DNA of 64,000 nt from a virus: positions 1-64,000 of the IMG/VR virus record IMGVR_UViG_3300037245_000888; one strand, given 5' to 3'. Position numbers and translations under genes: made by a program. Below are positions 34,448 through 46,252 of the stretch, one piece after another. The notes under the pieces are model-generated. The model was not told the origin of the DNA, ran no database searches, and saw only the letters and a program-made list of their open reading frames with translations. Position 1 is the first letter of the stretch, and each line of letters begins with the position of its first letter.

Positions 34448-35097
34448 TGAATAAAATAAGAGCAGTAGTATTCGATTTTGACGGTGTAGTAGTTTCATCG
34501 GGAGATGTAATCTGCAAACTATATAATTTAGATCCAATTAACTATGAAGATCAAAACTTTGAAGAAGCAGATTTTTCCAAATGTGTGAAGTGGGATATGT
34601 CGGATGTAGTTCCATTAATAGATTCAAAGACTCAAGAAAATATGTTTGCGTCATCAGACTTCTTTGACAATGTAGAATTTAATGTTGGCATGAAAGATCT
34701 AATCAATCAGTTACATGAAGAGGAATATCAAATAGTATTCTGCTCAAGAGGAACAGTTGAAAATATTAACAAGAAAAATAAATGGCTTAAGAAACATTTT
34801 CCTTTTGCAATCATGTTACCTGTAATTGGTAGCTGGGATGCTGTCATTGAGAAAGATTGGATTAATATGAAGGATTGTGTTTTCATTGATGATAGATCAA
34901 ACAATCTTAGTAGCAGTAATGCATCATTTAAAATTCTATATGACGAACACAACAAATTTGGAAGAGAATGGAATAGTGGAGTTGATTGTGCTGATACATT
35001 CGCTGGTAGTGCATTTAATATTTATACTGAGATTAAGAAATATGAAAATGGTGATTATGATGTAAAAGAAGAATGTGTAGCAATTAACCAAAAATAA
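34447..35097 (+). CDS. HAD-family 5'(3')-deoxyribonucleotidase-like protein
   Basis: DFDGV motif I, CSR motif II, K motif III, FIDDR motif IV. Confidence 0.82.
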   Translation: MNKIRAVVFDFDGVVVSSGDVICKLYNLDPINYEDQNFEEADFSKCVKWDMSDVVPLIDSKTQENMFASSDFFDNVEFNVGMKDLINQLHEEEYQIVFCSRGTVENINKKNKWLKKHFPFAIMLPVIGSWDAVIEKDWINMKDCVFIDDRSNNLSSSNASFKILYDEHNKFGREWNSGVDCADTFAGSAFNIYTEIKKYENGDYDVKEECVAINQK

Positions 35098-35197
35098 CTC
35101 TTGCACTCTACTATCTCCTGTGGTATCATTAAATCAGAAGTTAAGATAATTAAACAAACAGATCACAACAAACAATAATAATATAGTGGAGGTAGTT

Positions 35198-36076
35198 ATG
35201 AGTGAGAGTATGTTAATTAAATCAAATTTGGTAGATGGTTTCGTGAGCTTCAAAATTAAAATTAATGTATTAGATAAAACAATATCAGAATATAAAGCAA
35301 GTGTAGATAAATTTATCATTTGGTTACAAGATCAGGATAATGCTAAACTTGACAAGTCATCTACTGATAATATGTTGGTAAGTGTAACTCGCAAGATAGC
35401 GCAATCGTATGTGTTTGTAATTAGAGAGACATTGAAATTTAATAGCACTAAGAAAGCGATAGCAGGTATTCTTCAACTTTACAATTTTATCATGATGGAA
35501 ATGGATTTACTTGGAAATGCTTTTAGTGGATTACAGGTGCCAAAGGATAGTGTTACTGAAATTAAAGAATACATTTCATTAAAGGAATCTAATATAATAT
35601 TAAATTCATGTGAAAGTACTCAACACAGATTACTAATTGGACTGGCTTTTAAATCTGGATTAAGAATTCAAGAAATTTCTAAAATTGAAGTCGCTAATAT
35701 TGATTTAGAAAACAAAACGATTGATGTATTGAGAAAAGGTAGACGTATGCGTAGATTAGATATTGCTGCTGAATTAATTAATGATTTAACTATTCAAGTT
35801 GAGAATTGTAATGCACTTAATCACACCTTCTTATTTCAAGGTAGAAGAGGTATTAAGCCATTGACAACCAAATCTATCAGAGATACTTTTGATGGTTATC
35901 TTGGCAAACTAGACTTGAATTCTGACTACGTATTCCATAGTTTAAGAAAGGTTTATAGTACAGATTTATATTATAATGAGAATAAGACAATGCATGAGAT
36001 AAGTAAATTATTAGATCATAGTAATACCGGAATTACTGAATTGTATGTTTTGGATAAGAAGTATGTTGAGCTATAA
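35198..36076 (+). CDS. tyrosine recombinase, XerC/D-sized
   Basis: GLRIQE, RKG, HSLRK, LDHS, TELY catalytic residues; own promoter TTGCAC-17-TATCAT at 35101-35129. Confidence 0.88.
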   Translation: MSESMLIKSNLVDGFVSFKIKINVLDKTISEYKASVDKFIIWLQDQDNAKLDKSSTDNMLVSVTRKIAQSYVFVIRETLKFNSTKKAIAGILQLYNFIMMEMDLLGNAFSGLQVPKDSVTEIKEYISLKESNIILNSCESTQHRLLIGLAFKSGLRIQEISKIEVANIDLENKTIDVLRKGRRMRRLDIAAELINDLTIQVENCNALNHTFLFQGRRGIKPLTTKSIRDTFDGYLGKLDLNSDYVFHSLRKVYSTDLYYNENKTMHEISKLLDHSNTGITELYVLDKKYVEL

Positions 36077-36847
36077 AGGGAGAATTGAAATGAATGTTTT
36101 AGAAAAGCAAGAATTTTGTGGAGTGATTAAACAGGGGTTAGAAGTTGGATTGGGCATTCCTGATATTTCAGGAGAGAAATGTCGTGGATATACAGTGAGT
36201 AAAGACAATGATGAACCACATGATTTATGCAAAGGCTGTAAATTCTTAGACTTATAGTAAATTATAAAGGAGAAAAATAAAATGAAACTAAAACTATTAA
36301 ATCCATTCAGACGTAAAAAGAAATCTAAAATACTCTTAATGTGGATAGATATAACAAATATCACAGGATTCAAAAACAGAGATAAAAATAGTTGTACAAC
36401 TTATAATCATCCGATTATTAGTTGTTTGCCTGATGATATTAAGCAAGAGGTAATTGAACATATTGAAAAGGTAATAGATTTAATTAGGGATAATGGAGAT
36501 ATGGATATATTATAAGGAGGGTTAAATGAAACAAATAATACATGAATTTATATTTACAATATTAGCTAAAATCGATAGAATATTCAAAGGTGATCTTGAT
36601 ATTTCAGATAGGCCTCAAACAGTAATGGTAGAATGTTATCATACTTTATATATGTATCACTATCATAAGATATCTGATAAGTATATAGATACATGCTGTT
36701 ATAATGTAAATTCACCAAGTAATGTTCAACACTTTGCAAACATAGAAAATCACAAATGGATGACAAGCAGTAAGACACTAGATATATCAGATGTACAACA
36801 TATAATTGATCAACTAGATAAAATGTATAAGTATAAGGAGATGTAAA

Positions 36848-38791
36848 ATGAAGCAAATAATTTTAGAATTAATTGAGTTTTTAAATTATAACTCAAACAT
36901 TTATTACAATAATTTATCTCAAGATTGTATTAGTGACACACTGTGGGACAAAACATTCGATGAACTAAAACAACTAGAAGATAAAACTGGCATTATAATG
37001 TCAAATAGTCCAACTCAAAATGCTGGATATCCAGTAGTAGATGGATTAAATAAAATTAAACATAGCACTCCATTATTGTCTCTTGGTAAAACTAAAAATG
37101 TAAATGATCTTGTTAAGTTTTTAGGATATAGAGAAGGTGTTCTGATGTTTAAATTAGATGGAGGAACTCAAATTGTAGACTATGAACATGGAGATTTTGA
37201 TTATCTAGCAACAAGAGGTAGCTCATCTACAAATGAAGGACAAGATATTACTCATAACGCTTCAGCTATTATTGGGATTCCAAAATCTATAGGAACCAAC
37301 CATATTCAAGTTGTTGGTGAAGGAATTATGTACAGGTCTAAGCTAGAAGAAATTAACTCTAAATTGAATCCAGAAGATCAGTATGCTAATGCTAGAAACT
37401 TAGCTAATGCATCTGCCTCAATGTTAGATTCTAAAAGAGTTGCTGCAAGAGACATTAGATTTATTGCATTTGCTACTCTGGAATGTGATGATTTTTCCAC
37501 TAAAGTCAACGAATTAAAACAGTTGGAATCAGAAGGCTTCAGAGTGGTTGAACATGTATTAGTTACAAAGGATAATTTAATAGAAGAAGTTGAGAGAATG
37601 ACTAAATTAAGAAGTGAATTGGATTATGATATTGATGGATTGGTGTTAGCGCATAATGATATGGAGTATGGTAGATCACTTGGTAAAACATCTCATCACT
37701 TTAAAAATGCTATGGCCTTTAAATTTGAAGACGATGAAGAAGAAACTACATTAAGAAATATTTTAGTTGATATTGGAAAATCTGGACAAGTATCATATGT
37801 TGCAGAATTCGACTCTGTAGAGCTTTGTGGAACCACAGTAGGAAAGGCAAGCTTAAGTAATTATAGTCTTATAGAAGGCTTAAAATTGGGTATAGGGGAC
37901 ACTATTACAGTAAGAAAGGCTAATGAAATTATACCTCAAGTTACTGGTAATTTAACAATGAGCAATACATATGAGAAGGCATTAAATTGTCCTGTATGTG
38001 GATCTGAATTAGAACATAATGGAATACATCAATTCTGTACAAACTTTGGATGTGATAATCAAGTAATTGGTAGACTGGTTCATTTCTGCTCTAGAGAAGC
38101 TATGGATATTAGTGGATTAAGTGAAGAAACAATCAGAACAATTTATAATAACTTCAATCCTAAAGTATTATATGGATTAGAGACAATATATGATTTACCT
38201 TCTAATAAAGAATCATTAATGACATTAGATAGATTTGGCAAAAGAAAAGTAGATAAATTCTGTGATGCTATTGAATCATCTAAAACTATGGATTTAAATA
38301 GAGTGTTATACGCATTATCTATTCCATCAGTGGGTAGAACAGCTAGTAAGAAGATTGCTGAACATTATGGTTCAATGAGGAATATTTTAGATGGAGTTAT
38401 GAAATATAAAGTAGCTCAATTAGTTGGAGAATCTGTTGCTGAGAAATTCATGGAGTATTTTGAGAAAAACAACTTTATAAACATGATTGAGCATCTACTG
38501 TCATTAGGTCTAACAATGGTTCAACCAAAAGAACTGGTTAGCTCTGACAGCACAATATCAGGATTAAACTTCTGCGTAACCGGAAAAGTGTTTACATTTA
38601 AGAATAGAGATGAGCTAAAAGCTAAAATATCAGAATTAGGTGGAAAGAATCAGAGTGGTGTCTCTAAGAATACTGACTACTTAATTAACAATGATATTGA
38701 ATCTGTAACCGGTAAAAATAAGAAAGCTAAAGACTTAGATGTTAAAATTATAACTGAAGATCAATTCATTGAAATGATTGGTGGATTATAG
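36848..38791 (+). CDS. ligA: NAD-dependent DNA ligase
   Basis: KLDG adenylation motif, TRG, DGLV, AFKF, CPVC..C..C zinc finger, HhH, C-terminal BRCT. Confidence 0.96.
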   Translation: MKQIILELIEFLNYNSNIYYNNLSQDCISDTLWDKTFDELKQLEDKTGIIMSNSPTQNAGYPVVDGLNKIKHSTPLLSLGKTKNVNDLVKFLGYREGVLMFKLDGGTQIVDYEHGDFDYLATRGSSSTNEGQDITHNASAIIGIPKSIGTNHIQVVGEGIMYRSKLEEINSKLNPEDQYANARNLANASASMLDSKRVAARDIRFIAFATLECDDFSTKVNELKQLESEGFRVVEHVLVTKDNLIEEVERMTKLRSELDYDIDGLVLAHNDMEYGRSLGKTSHHFKNAMAFKFEDDEEETTLRNILVDIGKSGQVSYVAEFDSVELCGTTVGKASLSNYSLIEGLKLGIGDTITVRKANEIIPQVTGNLTMSNTYEKALNCPVCGSELEHNGIHQFCTNFGCDNQVIGRLVHFCSREAMDISGLSEETIRTIYNNFNPKVLYGLETIYDLPSNKESLMTLDRFGKRKVDKFCDAIESSKTMDLNRVLYALSIPSVGRTASKKIAEHYGSMRNILDGVMKYKVAQLVGESVAEKFMEYFEKNNFINMIEHLLSLGLTMVQPKELVSSDSTISGLNFCVTGKVFTFKNRDELKAKISELGGKNQSGVSKNTDYLINNDIESVTGKNKKAKDLDVKIITEDQFIEMIGGL

Positions 38792-38820
38792 AAAGTTAAG
38801 AAATAAATATTAATTAATCA

Positions 38821-38849
38821 TTGACATCATGTATATGAGATGTTAGTAT
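38821..38849 (+). promoter_or_regulatory. sigma-A promoter with a hairpin-forming 5' UTR
   Basis: TTGACA-17-TAGTAT; AGGC..TAATTAC/GTAGTTA..GCCT stem before the RBS. Confidence 0.7.
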
Positions 38850-39447
38850 AGAGAGGTAAGGCAGCGTAATTACATTGAGTAGTTAACAAGCCTACGTGAA
38901 AGGAGAGTAAAATTATGTTAGTAGAAAAGGCAATTAAACACTTCCAAGATGAGGAAGGAAATGAACTTGACGATGTTATTGAGTTTGGTAAATCGATTGT
39001 AACAAAAGGTGGAACATTTAGAGAAAGAGAAAATGTAAAAGTTGTCACTGAAAAAGGTGATGTGTTTGAAGGTATGTTATTTAAAGTAAGTACATTGGCT
39101 CCGAGTTCTCCAAAGGAATTAGTAATACTTGATGAGCATGGAGTAAAGCATGTAATTAAATATTGTGATATTGTTGAGAAAGATGGATTGACGTTAATTC
39201 AGGATGAAGATAGTGAAGAGAATGAAGACGATTAGGAGTGTGATCAAAATAATCTTATCCGATATAGTAGACTTTGTTTATGGATTGCTGCTGTGGGTGA
39301 TAGTTAGAGTGAGTTAGAATATTATTAGAGTGTGTTAAATTATTAATTTGAAATGTATTGACACAAAGGTAAAAATGAATTAGAATATAAAGTGTAGTAG
39401 TGTAGTATAAGTGAAACTAAACTAAGAATATTAAAGGAGAATTATTT

Positions 39448-40557
39448 ATGGCTAAGAAGAAAGAGGAAAGAAAAGTAAAAAACACGAATGGATCATTTGA
39501 GTTAGTGGGTGCAATTAATCTAGGATTAGACAAGTTTTCTGCTAAGACAAGCGATTCAGGATATAAATACCAGAGATTTTCTTCTAGTATTAACTGTGGA
39601 TCGACTAAACCAAGAATTCAAGCAATGGGCGGATTCTTCCCAAATAATCCATATCCTATCAGCTACTATGATAATGGTGCAAAGTGTGAAATCGATTGGG
39701 TTGATAGATTAAATGAAAAGATTGTAAAAGAAGTTCCAAACTATAATAGAATTACTCTTGGAGTTACTAGAGATGAGTCTGGTGCAATCGTATACAAAGA
39801 CTTTTTATCATGGTTTGATGCCATGGCTGAATTACAGAAGTTACAAGATGGATCTGTAGTAAAAGTCAAAGGTGATGTTAAGTACCAAATATATGAAAAA
39901 GACGGAAAAGAGACAACAAATTATCAACTTGAAGTAAATAAGATCTACCTATGTGATGCTGAAGAAGAAGATTTCCACGCTACATTTAAGCAGGTTGTAT
40001 TATTTGATGAAGACTCTATTGATAAAGCCAGATATAAAGAAGATAAAGAAATTGACATCTTTGGTACTGTCATTCAATATGATAGCACAATTAAAGTTTC
40101 AAGACCAATGCCATTTAAATATGTTGTTGCGTTGGAAGATTTTAAATCACCTGATCAATTTAAAAAAATGCTTGCTCTTATGAAGGTTAAAACAGGAGTT
40201 TTAGGATTTGAAGTGCTTGGAGATATTCATGCTGAAACATCTGTTAGACAGGCTACAGTGGAAGATTTTAGTGCAGATTTATTAGATTTCTATGAAGATG
40301 ATGTTGATACTTTATTAGAAGAGAAAATTATAGACAATAGTGCTGGCGGTAACTTCTTATCTATAACTAAACCAGCTATGAGAGTCAATAAGAAGACTAC
40401 GAAGAAAGAGTTATTTAGAGAAGCCAAAGATTGGTTGCCAGAGGACTTAATTTTCCAAGGTAAAAAGGAAGAAACTGTTGAAGATATTGATGATTTGATT
40501 GATGGCGAATTAAACTTAGATGACTTAGATCTAGATTTGGATTTAGACTTAGATTAA
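39448..40557 (+). CDS. putative ssDNA-binding protein
   Basis: OB-fold-like VVKVKGDVKYQIY...NYQLEVNKI, acidic DLDLDLD tail, position at the head of the replication module; promoter TTGACA-17-TAGAAT at 39358. Confidence 0.6.
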   Translation: MAKKKEERKVKNTNGSFELVGAINLGLDKFSAKTSDSGYKYQRFSSSINCGSTKPRIQAMGGFFPNNPYPISYYDNGAKCEIDWVDRLNEKIVKEVPNYNRITLGVTRDESGAIVYKDFLSWFDAMAELQKLQDGSVVKVKGDVKYQIYEKDGKETTNYQLEVNKIYLCDAEEEDFHATFKQVVLFDEDSIDKARYKEDKEIDIFGTVIQYDSTIKVSRPMPFKYVVALEDFKSPDQFKKMLALMKVKTGVLGFEVLGDIHAETSVRQATVEDFSADLLDFYEDDVDTLLEEKIIDNSAGGNFLSITKPAMRVNKKTTKKELFREAKDWLPEDLIFQGKKEETVEDIDDLIDGELNLDDLDLDLDLDLD

Positions 40558-40561
40558 TAAA

Positions 40562-40592
40562 ATATGTGGGTATTGTATTAATGCCCACATAT
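40562..40592 (+). terminator. hairpin (terminator or processing site)
   Basis: ATATGTGGGTATT / AATGCCCACATAT. Confidence 0.6.
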
Positions 40593-40626
40593 CAATTATA
40601 AAATTAGTATTATTTGGAGGAATTAT

Positions 40627-41592
40627 ATGAGTATAGAGATAAGAAAAGTTGGCTCAAGAGTCGTTGGATGGAAGGTGTTATTGTTGGCAGATACAGAATG
40701 TGGTAAAACTACATTTGGACTATCAATGCCTAAATCATTAGTCCTAGATTCTGAGGACGGCTGGGCACATTATGAAGATATTGCAGAAAACACAATTGGT
40801 ATTGTAAGCACATCATCTACAAAAGATGTAAAAGAGATGTTTGAGATGTTAGAAGATGGAGAAGATCTATTGGATGAGATGCAAACGCTTATTACAGACT
40901 CAAAATCAAATATTTACTCAGGTCAACAAATATCAGCTATGGAAGTTGAAGAACGTAGAGCTAGAAGTAAAAAGGGTGAAGTAGATGATCAGACCGTATC
41001 TCAAAGAGGTTGGGGTAAGATTAAGTTAGATACCAAAAGACTTCAAGCATTAACAATAGATTTAGCATCTAGAGGTAAGTTTGTGGTTGATATGGCACAA
41101 GAGGTTGAGATCATAAAGCAAGTTGGAGATAAAAGAATTGTCATTGGATATAAGCCGGATATTCATAAAACTGAGAAATTCGTATATGATACCATCATTA
41201 GATTATCTAGAGAGAAGGTTGGTGAGGAGTACACATATAAGGCTGAGATATACAAAGATAGAACTAAAGTATACAAAGCTGGTGACATAATTGAAGGTGG
41301 CGTAAGCTGGGAGAACTGGAAACCTTATTTCGACAATAAGAATAAAAAAGGTGCTAAAGTAGTTAAGACATCTTATCAGGATGATGTAGAGAAAGATGAA
41401 AAAGTATTAGAAAACGAAGACGATACAATATCTCTTGCAATTGCAGCAGTTAAAAGAGTTGCCAAGGAAAAAGGAAAAGCTGAATTGGTTCCAATCTTTA
41501 AAGGTGCTAAGATCAAAGCAATAAAAGATATAAATAGTATTGAAATTGCTAAAACTGTTTTAGGATTAGCGAATGAGAAATTATCAGAATAA
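40627..41592 (+). CDS. AAA_24 / Sak4-like ATPase (ssDNA annealing)
   Basis: P-loop ADTECGKTT, DSEDG, TLITDS, RGWGKIK, KDRT. Confidence 0.75.
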   Translation: MSIEIRKVGSRVVGWKVLLLADTECGKTTFGLSMPKSLVLDSEDGWAHYEDIAENTIGIVSTSSTKDVKEMFEMLEDGEDLLDEMQTLITDSKSNIYSGQQISAMEVEERRARSKKGEVDDQTVSQRGWGKIKLDTKRLQALTIDLASRGKFVVDMAQEVEIIKQVGDKRIVIGYKPDIHKTEKFVYDTIIRLSREKVGEEYTYKAEIYKDRTKVYKAGDIIEGGVSWENWKPYFDNKNKKGAKVVKTSYQDDVEKDEKVLENEDDTISLAIAAVKRVAKEKGKAELVPIFKGAKIKAIKDINSIEIAKTVLGLANEKLSE

Positions 41593-41658
41593 TTAAAACT
41601 GAATAGGGATTAATATTTCTATTCTTTCTTTTGATATTATATATGAAGGGAGATAAAA

Positions 41659-42228
41659 ATGGCTAAAGAATATTATAAATGTTTTATATGTAAAGAAGAT
41701 GTAAAAGCAACAGAAATGGTAAAAAGAAAAGATAAGAATGCTCATGAAGAATGTGCAAAAATATATGATATCAAAACAAAGAATAAGGATCAACTTGACA
41801 AGCTATGTAAATTTATAGAGAAAAGGATATTCGCAAATAAAATAAAATTAAATAATAATATGATAAGAAGGTTGCAAGGAATAAGAGCAGGTGGTATAAT
41901 GATCAAGAGAGGAGATACTGTACCATATAAACAAAATGAAGGATACTCATATAAGTTGATATTAATATGTTTTCTATACAATATAGATTATGTAATTAAT
42001 TCAGCTTCTGGAAAAGAGTTCAAGTCTAGCAATCAAGAGTTTAATTATATATGTGCTATCATAGAAAATAAAATGGCAGATCTTAAGACTGAATTAATTA
42101 AGCAGCAGAAAGAAAAGAAGGACTTGGATAAAGTTGATGTAAAAGTAATGGATAAAATTGTCGAATACAAGAAGCATGAAGACTTAGAAAAAGATAAACT
42201 GAAAGATAAATTTAACGACATATGGTAG
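41659..42228 (+). CDS. putative helicase loader/replication protein with an N-terminal zinc finger
   Basis: CxxC...HxxC; lies between the AAA and DnaB genes as in SPbeta-like modules. Confidence 0.55.
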   Translation: MAKEYYKCFICKEDVKATEMVKRKDKNAHEECAKIYDIKTKNKDQLDKLCKFIEKRIFANKIKLNNNMIRRLQGIRAGGIMIKRGDTVPYKQNEGYSYKLILICFLYNIDYVINSASGKEFKSSNQEFNYICAIIENKMADLKTELIKQQKEKKDLDKVDVKVMDKIVEYKKHEDLEKDKLKDKFNDIW

Positions 42229-42235
42229 GAGATAA

Positions 42236-43747
42236 TTGATGGAGAAGAAGAAAACAGTAAAAGATATTCATAATATGTTGGTGGCTAAAAACCATAAAGA
42301 AATAACAAAGTATAAGGTTACTAATGAGGCAAGTGTTGTGGGGGCTCTATGGAAGAATCCAGAGTTATATTCTCAACATAAAATAAACTCTAACCATTTT
42401 GGTATGGAAGAAGAATCAAATATGTGGAGAGTATATTTTGTAATAGGAAAAGAGATTGTTCAAAAGGGCAAGAATAACATCACAGAAGTTGAGGTAGATT
42501 TATATTTAGATCAACATCCCAAAATGAAAAAGGTATATGAGTCTGCAGGTGGATACGATACAATAAGTGAGCTTATGACTGAGTATGCCAGTGAAGAAAA
42601 CATAGATGGATATATTCAAGAGTTTCATAAATGGTGGGCTATATCAGAATTGAATAAAAAAGGTTGGGTAGAATTTGAGAATATAAAAGAGTTTATAGAC
42701 TATTCAATAGACGATATATACAGAACATATAGCGTTCCATTACATGATATATTTATTCATACCACATCGAATATCAAGACTTATAATCTATGCTCTGACT
42801 TGGATAGTTTAATTGATAGAGCTAACAGAGGACTCATAAGAGGTATTCCACTTCATAATGCTGATATATTAGATAAGATGATAGGTGGCGTTAGAAAGGG
42901 TGAAATAGTCATGATGGGTGGTATTTCAGGATCAGGAAAGACAACCACAATGATAGAAATACTTTTACCAACAATTATAGAGTTAGACAAGCAGATTGTA
43001 CTCATGTTGAATGAACAGGATGAAGACAAGGTGAGAAGAGAGATGCTAACGTGGATAATGAATAATATATATGATGCTAATTTCAATAAATCAAGATGGG
43101 TTCAAGGAGAATTTACAGAGGATGAAATGAATCATCTTAATACGGCAAAATCTTGGTTGCAAGAAAAGGAAGATAGAAAGAATGTAACTATAATACCTAT
43201 TGAAAAGTATTCAGCAGATTTAGTAGTTAAGATAATAAACAAGTATGCAGGTATGGGAGTTGAGTATTTCTGTTTAGATACATTTAAACCATCTACCGAT
43301 GCAGATTCAGCCTTACAATGGCAAGAAATGACTAGAGATTCTGTTAAAATATATGATGCAATAAAACCAGCTACTAATAATGTTGGCATGTGGATAAACT
43401 TACAATTAGCAAAATCGGTAAGTAAACATAGATATCTTGGATTGGACTCAATTGGAGTCGCAAAGAATGTTGTTGATGTAGCTAGTACATTTATAGCACT
43501 TAGAAGCTTGTGGAATATAGAAAAGTCAGGTGGCAGAAAAGCTACTGAATATATTAAATATCAAAGTGAAAATAGCAAAACAACTATAAAAAAAGTAGTA
43601 GACTCTGAGGATCACGTAAATCACAGTATACTCTTTGTCCCTAAGTCTAGAGAGGGTGCAGGAGGTTTTCAAGTAATGTCTAAGAATAATCTTGGATTAA
43701 ATAAGTTTGAAGAACTTGGAATATTATATCTAGAGGAGGATTTCTAG
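42236..43747 (+). CDS. DnaB-like replicative helicase
   Basis: GGISGSGKTT, catalytic NEQ, LDTFK, QL, KSREG. Confidence 0.88.
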   Translation: MMEKKKTVKDIHNMLVAKNHKEITKYKVTNEASVVGALWKNPELYSQHKINSNHFGMEEESNMWRVYFVIGKEIVQKGKNNITEVEVDLYLDQHPKMKKVYESAGGYDTISELMTEYASEENIDGYIQEFHKWWAISELNKKGWVEFENIKEFIDYSIDDIYRTYSVPLHDIFIHTTSNIKTYNLCSDLDSLIDRANRGLIRGIPLHNADILDKMIGGVRKGEIVMMGGISGSGKTTTMIEILLPTIIELDKQIVLMLNEQDEDKVRREMLTWIMNNIYDANFNKSRWVQGEFTEDEMNHLNTAKSWLQEKEDRKNVTIIPIEKYSADLVVKIINKYAGMGVEYFCLDTFKPSTDADSALQWQEMTRDSVKIYDAIKPATNNVGMWINLQLAKSVSKHRYLGLDSIGVAKNVVDVASTFIALRSLWNIEKSGGRKATEYIKYQSENSKTTIKKVVDSEDHVNHSILFVPKSREGAGGFQVMSKNNLGLNKFEELGILYLEEDF

Positions 43748-43759
43748 AAAGGAGATTTT

Positions 43760-44800
43760 ATGCAAGCCTATGAATTAAAAGAGTATCTATCGAAGAACGA
43801 AGATCAAGTTGTAAGAATTCTAGAAGATTTAGGTATGCATCATATAAATACAAGCCATCATAAGCATATCTCTTGTGGTATGCCAGATGGTGACAATCCA
43901 TCATCTACGGTGGTTTATAAGGATAATATGAAAGTTAGAGCATATACAAGAGACTTAGGAAATAAGGAGAATGGATCAGATATATTTATTTTGATTATGT
44001 TTGTAAAAGGTATAAGTTTTCCGAAGTCTGTCAGATATGCACATAAATTATTGGGTATAAAATTCACATACTACAATGAGGAAATGAACGAAAACAAAAT
44101 TGATTTATTGTCTAGATTCAGGAAAATAAAGAAGAAGAGGGATAGAGCGTATGATTACGATACTCATCCAGAATTCATATTAAATAAATATGATCCATTA
44201 CCACATGTTGATTTTATAAAAGATAATATATTGCCCAAATCTTATAGAAAGTATGACACTAGATTTGATTGCTTTAGTCAAAGAATAATATTAACACACA
44301 GAAAATGGGATACAGGCGAGATATTAGGATTCTTTGGAAGAACAACTATACCAAATTGGGAAGAGTTGGGATTACAAAAATACATAGGTATTATGCCATT
44401 CGACAGAGGTGGTAACTTATATGGCCTTGATATAAATTATGAAGCTATAATAAAGGCTGGCTATGTAGTGGTATTAGAATCTGAAAAATCTATTCAACAA
44501 GCAGATTCATTTGGAGAAAATGCTACATGTGCAATATGTTGTGCTGATGTAACAAGAGAGCAACGTAAAATATTATTAAGTCTAAATGTTGATATAATAT
44601 TTGCATTCGATAAAGGTATATCATTAGAGCATATAGATTTAACATGTAAACCATTCTTAAATAAGAGAAGAATTTACTACATTTATGACAATGATAATAT
44701 GCTGCAAGACAAGGAATCACCAACAGATAATGGAGTAATAATATATGAAATGTTGTTATCTGAAAAAATAGAATATACAGGAGAAATTAAGGAGATATAA
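43760..44800 (+). CDS. DNA primase (TOPRIM)
   Basis: GRT, KY, NLYG, VVVLESEK, IIFAFDKG; follows DnaB. Confidence 0.82.
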   Translation: MQAYELKEYLSKNEDQVVRILEDLGMHHINTSHHKHISCGMPDGDNPSSTVVYKDNMKVRAYTRDLGNKENGSDIFILIMFVKGISFPKSVRYAHKLLGIKFTYYNEEMNENKIDLLSRFRKIKKKRDRAYDYDTHPEFILNKYDPLPHVDFIKDNILPKSYRKYDTRFDCFSQRIILTHRKWDTGEILGFFGRTTIPNWEELGLQKYIGIMPFDRGGNLYGLDINYEAIIKAGYVVVLESEKSIQQADSFGENATCAICCADVTREQRKILLSLNVDIIFAFDKGISLEHIDLTCKPFLNKRRIYYIYDNDNMLQDKESPTDNGVIIYEMLLSEKIEYTGEIKEI

Positions 44801-46182
44801 TGGGTAGACATAGTAATATGCCGGAAGAGTATAAAGGCAGAAAGAAATATAGCTTCAGTGCATTGACTTCATGGGAAGAGTGTACATGGGGATATTATCT
44901 ACAGAGATTATTAAAAGTTGATAGCAAGGATAATTTTTATAATTTAATGGGTGCAGTCGTTCATGATGATTGTTTAGATTCTTATAAAAATGGTAAAATA
45001 ACAAAGCAAGAAATGTTTGAAGTGTTTAAGGACGGATTTAATACAATTGTTTCAGAGGGATATAGATTAGATTCAGACGATGGTAAAAATGAAGAACAGC
45101 TTAATTCATATTACAATTGTATAAAGCATTATTTATTGAATTATTATGAAGTAGATAATATTGATCACGAAGAAAATGAAGCTGAAATGTGGACAGAGTT
45201 AAAGGGTAATGTATTTATTGGATATATCGACCATTATTTCTCTACAACTGAAGGTATTCATTATATACGAGATTACAAAACGTCTTCTATGTATGCTCCG
45301 GCTAAAAGATTTCACTATGGAAGACAATTAATTTTGTACACTAAGTATTTATTAGACAAAGGTATTAAGTATAAAGATATTCGTATAATGTGGGACTTTG
45401 CTAAATATGCCAAGCTGTCATTCAAAAAGCCAAGAATATTTAAAATTGATATTCAGAATGATAGTATGCTTGATCAATTAATAGAAAATGGATTAGTTAA
45501 AACAAGAAGATCTACAAAGGTTGATATATTAGGCTATGAAGATAAAACCATGTATCCTAAACGAGATGAGATAGGTAATAAGCTTAGAGCATCATTAAGA
45601 GCTATGTTAAAATTTGATGGATACACGGAGGAAGAAATTGAGTCAATAGTCAAAAAAACATCATCAACAAATGATTTAAAACATGTGCCTAAGCAAATAA
45701 TCAATAAGTATCAAATAACGATTGAGAGAGCTGATGTAGAGTTAGAGTTCAATAAAAAAGTATTCAAAGAGATGGAGAATAGTCTACTAGGAATAATAGA
45801 AGAGATAGAAGACTCTCAAAAGATAAACGAAGATAGGCCTGAAGATGAACACTATAAAGTTTATGAGAGAGATAAAATAGAAAGGTTTAGTAGTTTCTTT
45901 TGCATCAAGTTATGTGGGGTAAATCACTCATGTAAGTATTTCAAAGAGTTTATGGGCGAGGAAAATATGATGCTTATGGATGAACACAAAACTGGTGCTG
46001 ATGATCTTAGAGGTGGAGAAGACTTTAATTTAGATGATATCGATCTAGATGACTTGCTAGATAGTGATGATATAGACTTAGATACAGAGGATGATCTTGA
46101 AATACCACCAGAAGCAAAAGATATTAAAGTAGAAAAGAGTCAAGAAGAAATAGACTTAGATAATTTATTAGATGATTTATAA
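44800..46182 (+). CDS. Cas4/AddB-like PD-(D/E)XK exonuclease with an Fe-S staple and acidic tail
   Basis: SFSAL..WEEC, GYID, DYKT, QLILY, C-terminal CxxxC(x5)C. Confidence 0.85.
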   Translation: MGRHSNMPEEYKGRKKYSFSALTSWEECTWGYYLQRLLKVDSKDNFYNLMGAVVHDDCLDSYKNGKITKQEMFEVFKDGFNTIVSEGYRLDSDDGKNEEQLNSYYNCIKHYLLNYYEVDNIDHEENEAEMWTELKGNVFIGYIDHYFSTTEGIHYIRDYKTSSMYAPAKRFHYGRQLILYTKYLLDKGIKYKDIRIMWDFAKYAKLSFKKPRIFKIDIQNDSMLDQLIENGLVKTRRSTKVDILGYEDKTMYPKRDEIGNKLRASLRAMLKFDGYTEEEIESIVKKTSSTNDLKHVPKQIINKYQITIERADVELEFNKKVFKEMENSLLGIIEEIEDSQKINEDRPEDEHYKVYERDKIERFSSFFCIKLCGVNHSCKYFKEFMGEENMMLMDEHKTGADDLRGGEDFNLDDIDLDDLLDSDDIDLDTEDDLEIPPEAKDIKVEKSQEEIDLDNLLDDL

Positions 46183-46252
46183 AATAAAAAGAGAATAGTG
46201 CTTGTGTGCTATTCTCTTTTATGATATACTACTCAGTAAGGAGGAAACAAAT